A DNA stretch of 16,310 nucleotides, taken from NCBI GenBank assembly GCA_024626585.2, contig JANKJI020000002.1, positions 136,952,242-136,968,551 on the forward strand. Reading direction: 5' to 3'. Made by a program: the position numbers and the translations under genes. Origin of the DNA: Ginkgo biloba. Lineage: Eukaryota; Plantae; Ginkgophyta. The first letter of the stretch is position 1; the number at the start of each line of letters is the position of its first letter. Below the pieces are notes generated by a model, which had not been told where the DNA came from, searched no databases, and saw nothing but the letters and a program-made list of their open reading frames with translations. Below are positions 11,171-16,310 of this stretch, in pieces.

Positions 11171-13330
11171 NAGGTAGCAGATGGGTGTTTTCTCCAAGAT
11201 ATCCTGATTGTTATCTTCTCTTTGTTGATCATGTAGCCCTTCTGTCATCCACACTAGAGGGGCTCTAGATGTAGTTAGATGCTCTAGCTTCATTCTCTGA
11301 CAACAGATGCCTTGAGGTGAACTTTCGCGAGACAAAGATGTTGGTATTCAACATATCCATGAATACCGCCTCATGACTTCACCTTCAGTGACCAAGTAGT
11401 TGAGGTCGTATTCTCTTATACTTATCTGGGTGTCTAGTTCTATAGTCCTACCATTGGCATGCACCCAGTAGCTCAATCTTGTCTGTGGAAGGGATACGCT
11501 TCCATTTTGCTTGTGAGACACAAAGTTTCCAACTCCAGTTTCAGGATATTTCTGCCAAGCAGATGTTGTTTGACACTTTAGTGAGGCTGACTACTCTAAT
11601 GGTTTAGAGGTGTGGGGGGTGAGCTTATCCACAAGTGACTAGGCACTATTGGAGAGAGTCTAGACAACAAACACCTATGATGTCCAAGATTATTTTTTGC
11701 AAGCCGGCGCTACCTCAGAGTATTATCCAAGCAGAGTTGAGAACCCACCCACTTTGCCTCGACACTATACTCTAGATCGACACATACTTACAAAGAGTCT
11801 GACCCATGGTGGACACTTGCAAAGGGAGAGGATTATATCCTTATCTAGACTTATGTTCCTCAGAGACAGTAGCAGATAAGGAGACCACTAGGCATAGATG
11901 TAGCTGGTGCAATGAGGGTTTTTTGTCCCTGNNNNNNNNNNTTAAGATAATCGGGATATCAATTGCCATATTGCTGACTTTTAGATTCTCTCTAGATGTG
12001 CCCAATCTCCTTCTTATGAAGGAGATTAATGATCATATTCGGGAAGACATTTACAGGGCTTACATGTAATCCAGATCTCTCCACCCAAGGATCTTAGTCC
12101 CAAATTGGCCTTCTATCATGAGCACTTTCTCCATATTTTATAGGGCACCATTGATCCTCCAGCTACATTCGTTTGCATAGGTAAAATAGCATGCAATTCC
12201 CCATAGGGTGGTTTAGAGTATGCTCCCACTAGCTTTGAATATAGGCGAAACACCATAGATCTAGAGACTAGTGCATCTATAGACTTTGTTCACTAGAGGT
12301 AGAGATGGAGGATCACTTCATTTTTCATTGCTCTATCTTCTACGAGATTAGAGGGAGGTACGACTTCCTTTTTAGGGAGTCAAAGAGTACCTCTTCACAT
12401 TCATTTCCAACAAGGACCAATGATGCATGATTCTCTTCCTTAGAGAGCTCTTCCTCTATAGAGGCCACCTTTTGGAGGGCATAACGTGGTGATCAAACAA
12501 GGTCCAGTGCATCACTTCTTTCTTTCAGCCGACAATTATAGAGGAAGTGCTGAATCGATCGAGGCACACACAAAGCCTCCAACGAGACACCAGAAATTGT
12601 CCAAAGACATAGGCCAACTGCCGCCAGTCCTTTACATAGGATAACAAGAGACACCCTAGGAACATCAAGAGCGATCCTTATATAGTTGAGGAAGAGGTCC
12701 AGATCTTGGGGAGATGGATTTATGACTAGCCGTCGTTAGTCCTCTACACAGACAAGCAAGAGACACCCTAGGCATGTCAGGAGAGGTTCTTATAGAGATT
12801 AAGGAGACAAGCCCAAATTTGGGCGAGTTGGGATTCATCACTAGCTTCTTTGTACTTGATAGAGGATCTTCGACCTTGGATGCTAGGAGAGAAAAAAATC
12901 GAGACACTGAGACAAATGATACTATTCTGAGAACCAACAACGAACAGACCATAGAGGAGAACATTAGATATGCCTTGGGTGATTTTGAAAGCATGGACAA
13001 CCCATAGATCTCTCATCATAGTGTCGGTGGACTTTCAGTGACCTCACCTAATGTGTTAGGGGCTTTATAAAACCCAAATTGGGGCATAATTGGTCTCCCC
13101 CTTCTAGAAGGGCTCCCAAACTCCATTTGAGTGTATTCTTTATTTATCAGCTGTTGACCTTTTTTAGTTCTCTGTGAAATTTTTTTACTAAAGTTTTTTG
13201 TTAGATGTTACTCTTAGAATTGGAGATGCCTCAAGCACTCCCCTGACATGTAACACTTGGATGTAGTATTATAGTTCCAATGACCGCTTCCTGGTCATGT
13301 GTGGATATTAATATATTTTCATTTCATTTC
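11171..13330 (+). mobile_element. Decayed RTE-group (RTEX-like) LINE 3' half with C-terminal extension, 3' UTR and (ATTTC)n tail
   Basis: LFVDHVALLSSTLEGL; EVNFRETKMLVFN; YTYLGV; FQDISAKQMLFDTLVR; IIQAEL; FRFSLDVPNLLL (homologous to FKLSLDVPPLLL in the 1-2760 copy); FRVCSH.L; CIYRLCSLEVEMEDHFIFHCSIFYEIRGRY (~12272-12361). The last open frame ends at 13007 and the element ends with TTTTCATTTCATTTC at 13316-13330. The 5' side runs into an N gap. Confidence 0.9.
12612..12836 (+). repeat. Imperfect tandem duplication, period 112 bp, inside the LINE C-terminal extension
   Basis: CAAGAGACACCCTAGG at 12645 and 12757, with alignable flanks (AGTCCTTTACATAG / AGTCCTCTACACAG; CTTATATAG / CTTATAGAG; TTGGGGAGATGGATT / TTGGGCGAGTTGGGATT). 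Confidence 0.85.
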
Positions 13331-13689
13331 TGGCCATGTGACAGAGGGCTATTCAATTGGAGAAAGAATCTGGGCTAAAGGGTCATTTAAGATGAGTAGC
13401 AACTTATTTGCAACAAGCTGAGAAAAGTTCATTGGGAGCTCGTGGATGTTATANNNNNNNNNNNNNNNNNNNNNNNNNNNNNNNNNNTCTAATATATGTC
13501 ATTTTGAGAATAACAAATAGCAGTCTAAAATGAGGTCAGAAGCATCAGTTGGTCCAGGATCAATGTGTGTTGTGATTTGCTTCCATTTCCTACATAATGA
13601 ATTTCTGTGATTAATGCACATTAAAGAATACATCTGTCAGCACTGAGGACTTGCGGATTACATACAAGCTTCATTTACTGTTTCTGTTC

Positions 13690-14060
13690 TGAAATATATA
13701 TATATTAGAGATATGTATCATACACGTACCATTTTGTATCATGTTGTACCATTTTGGACATTGTTTATGATATATGATCTTATTATTATTGATCATTTAT
13801 CTTGTTGTACATTTTGTTGACGTTTGATGTTGTACTTGAATGCTTTAGAGATATATATATCATGTAAAATTCACAAGTAATGAATATAGATAAAATATGC
13901 CCACAGATGATAAATAAAACACATAATATCTAAATGAAGTTTCCCATATTTAAATATGATCAATATAAATGAGATAAGTGAATGGGAGGATTCCCCTCTT
14001 TCACCTCAAACATATAAAATAATGTACTCATTAATTGGATTATAAAATAATGTACCATGC
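13690..14060. repeat. AT-rich low-complexity region with short direct repeats
   Basis: ~10-bp units GTACCATTTT / GTATCATGTT / GTACCATTTT from 13726. TATAAAATAATGTAC at 14013 and 14041. (TA)n runs. Confidence 0.6.
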
Positions 14061-14959
14061 ATATATCCTAGCTAATAAAAACCCTTGTATAAAACTTTGA
14101 AGATAATAAATGGGCCTAAACATCAATGCTTTGAATTTATGAGGCCAATATTATTTTTAGTTTTATCAATTCATATGACCAAGTCACCTTCCTTAAATAT
14201 GCATGGGATCACTTTTATATCATATGACGCTTTTACTTTATATTTTCTTCCAAAAATTTCAACGCCCTTAGACAAGTCTCACCTATTTCTCTAGTTTGGT
14301 AAGTTGAATGTCATAGTTATATATAATATATAAGTAGTTGTCTATGTATATAATTAATAAATGTATTTACACTTAAATTATAATAATAAATTCTCTTCCA
14401 TACATATCTATAAATGGTACAAAAATTCTAGCAACTTTGGAAATTTTCCTATATGACCATAATGTTGAATATATATTAGTATGCCAATCTTAATGGTTCT
14501 CATAAATAATATGTCAAAGAATCATANNNNNNNNNNNNNNNNNNNNNNNNTATTTACAATAATTCGACATGTAAACATTACAATAAATGAATATTTCTAA
14601 CAATTTTGATCCATAACTACATTTCTCATCTTCAAACAAAGGATTTTGACCGAGTGAGTCCCCCAAAGTAGCTAGTTTCAAAAACCCTAATGTTGTAGAA
14701 TTCATTTTTAGATTGTTATAAAGTAGTAAACGATGTTGACAAAAATTAATATAAACTATCTACATAAATTTGTATGAACTGGCGAAAATGAAATTTATGC
14801 ATGGTTACCACATATTTAGTAGGGCATCTCCTTCTAGGAACATATTTTTGGTTATTTATGGTTGTAAATGCTATACATGGTGCATGGAATTATTTTTTAA
14901 CATAGGAAACCCGTCCTTTATTATGAAGATAAATTTTGCCTTGCTTATGCTAAAACTTT

Positions 14960-15530
14960 AGGTCTAGCTTTGGGGATAACATAGTCTCTGCGGTTAATAT
15001 CCACTAGAGGATAGTTTGATATGGTTAACCCTAATATTTTGCATACATTTATGAGGTAATATTTTCAAGGCATTGAAATAACCTATAGATGAGGGCTATT
15101 GGGCTGAAGGATACCCCGTAGTCCATTAGCCCTCATAGTTGGTTGTATGGCTATCAGGTTGAGAGGATGCCCCTTAGTTCTCTTAACCATATGGATTGAA
15201 ATAGACCCTAGTGACTCTTGCATTGAAAGGATATGCACTAGATTGTCAGTCACATTACTAGTACTTAATATAAATAAATAGTTGCCAATAGGGTGGAATC
15301 CTAACTTAGAGTATCTCGGTGCCGAAAAGGGGTTGAAAATAGACATTGGGCCTAGCACCCTTATTGACATTGGGATGAGGAATGCAGTCTAGCAAAGCAG
15401 TAATAACTCCTAGGCACTGACAATGTGTAATGACTTGCCACCAGAGGTTTGTTATTGACACAATAAGCCTTTTAGGTTGTTCTCAAGGCCAATGGCAGAT
15501 GCTCAATTCCATGTTACCAAATATCCCTTA
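14960..15530 (-). mobile_element. Decayed LINE APE-type endonuclease fragment
   Basis: Motifs in the expected order: LVTWN (15520-15506; SWNV), HIVSA*EL (DI..LQE), GYFNA (15083-15069; GDFN), PKLD (~14965; RLD). Frames disrupted; clade not determinable. Confidence 0.62.
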
Positions 15531-15679
15531 GTACAACAGTCCTACCCTTGTGACCTTGCCTTATATCGAATTCTAACACGTTACACTGTAATTTAACATG
15601 AATGAATACTTGCATATATGTATGAGTACGTGTATATGAATGATACAATGTGAATATATGTATATATATTTCTCTAGTC

Positions 15680-15808
15680 TCTTAGTTTTAGATTTGGAGT
15701 TGCTAATAGCGCTCCCTTGGAGTTGTATCACATGCTTGTATTCTCAATCCCATTGACCGCTTTTGATCACTAGTGGATATTAATATATTATTATTTCTAT
15801 TTCTATTT
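15680..15808 (+). mobile_element. Short copy of the RTEX-like LINE 3' end (severely 5'-truncated insertion or SINE-like tail)
   Basis: Aligns with 13210-13330: shared GTGGATATTAATATATT (13301-13317 and 15773-15789), TGACCGCTT, and a GGAG.TGC...GCRCTCC hairpin. Ends in (TATTTC)n. Confidence 0.8.
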
Positions 15809-15929
15809 AAAATGAGGAAAGAATGAAGAGGAATGAAGAACAGTAAAAGAAATCAAAGAAAATGATCCTCACCTATGAGTGTAGGAGAAAAAGGATGGAT
15901 CTAGACCCATTTGAGGACCCTTAATTTAA

Positions 15930-16310
15930 AACCACGCAAGAACTAACTTCAAGAGTGGAGATGCCATGTGAATCTGAGAATTCACAAGATGATGAGCCAA
16001 AGCATAAGCAGGCCTGGCAGGAATGGAAGTTGCTCCAAAATATGAAGCGGTTGACAAATGTGTAGATTCTTGACTTTGATGGAAGCAAGCACGATCGATG
16101 TTTAGGCCATGGTTAAGTTCATGGTCCAATATGAAAGAAAACATGTTTAAGAAATATGCACCACAAAATGACATGCAGGAATCATATGGCCAAGTTTGGG
16201 CTAGAAGTAGAGAAGAACAGTGTAGGAATTGACAACAAGCTAGATGGTATCTTTGGGTGATTACTGAACTTGCCCATGAGGTATAGAATATACCATTTTC
16301 TACATGGGTT
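15930..16310 (+). mobile_element. Probable decayed LTR-retrotransposon gag fragment
   Basis: ILDFDGS (IP.FDG-like) followed by SWSNMKENMFKKYAPQNDMQESY, resembling the retrotransposon gag pattern W..MK..M..KY.P....Q. Weak and interrupted. Confidence 0.45.

Noticed and set aside
12612-12836. Spaced repeats here and at 9515-9680 as CRISPR-like arrays
   Set aside because: Only two units each, the intervening sequence is also homologous, the context is eukaryotic, and there are no cas genes.
14994-15783. 14-bp inverted match TTAATATCCACTAG (14994-15007) / CTAGTGGATATTAA (15770-15783) as possible TIRs
   Set aside because: About one such match is expected by chance in 16 kb of AT-rich DNA, and each arm lies inside a different LINE remnant.

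Overview
AT-rich, gapped (N-run) land-plant nuclear DNA; the intron architecture and TE families suggest a large gymnosperm/fern-type genome (inference). The only host gene I can support is the 3' end of an aspartokinase-homoserine dehydrogenase (AK-HSDH) gene on the minus strand: three phase-0 GT-AG exons at 7656-7573, 7318-7226 and 6850-6605, ending ...RGPGAGAEVTAGGVFSDILRLASYLGAPS*. The next upstream exon is not visible, implying an intron of at least ~8.6 kb. Most of the rest is decayed transposons: four pieces of one RTE-group (RTEX-like) LINE family, a Ty3/Gypsy integrase-chromodomain-PPT-LTR remnant, two other LINE fragments, a probable gag remnant and a CACTA-like motif array. Most ORFs in the supplied track are TE debris or spurious. 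I cannot support an intact novel system. The most interesting signals are in the RTEX-like LINE: a C-terminal extension with two PIP-box-like ITSFF motifs around a 112-bp tandem repeat, a structurally conserved 3' stem-loop, and a shared DD->DH change at the RT active site in two diverged copies.
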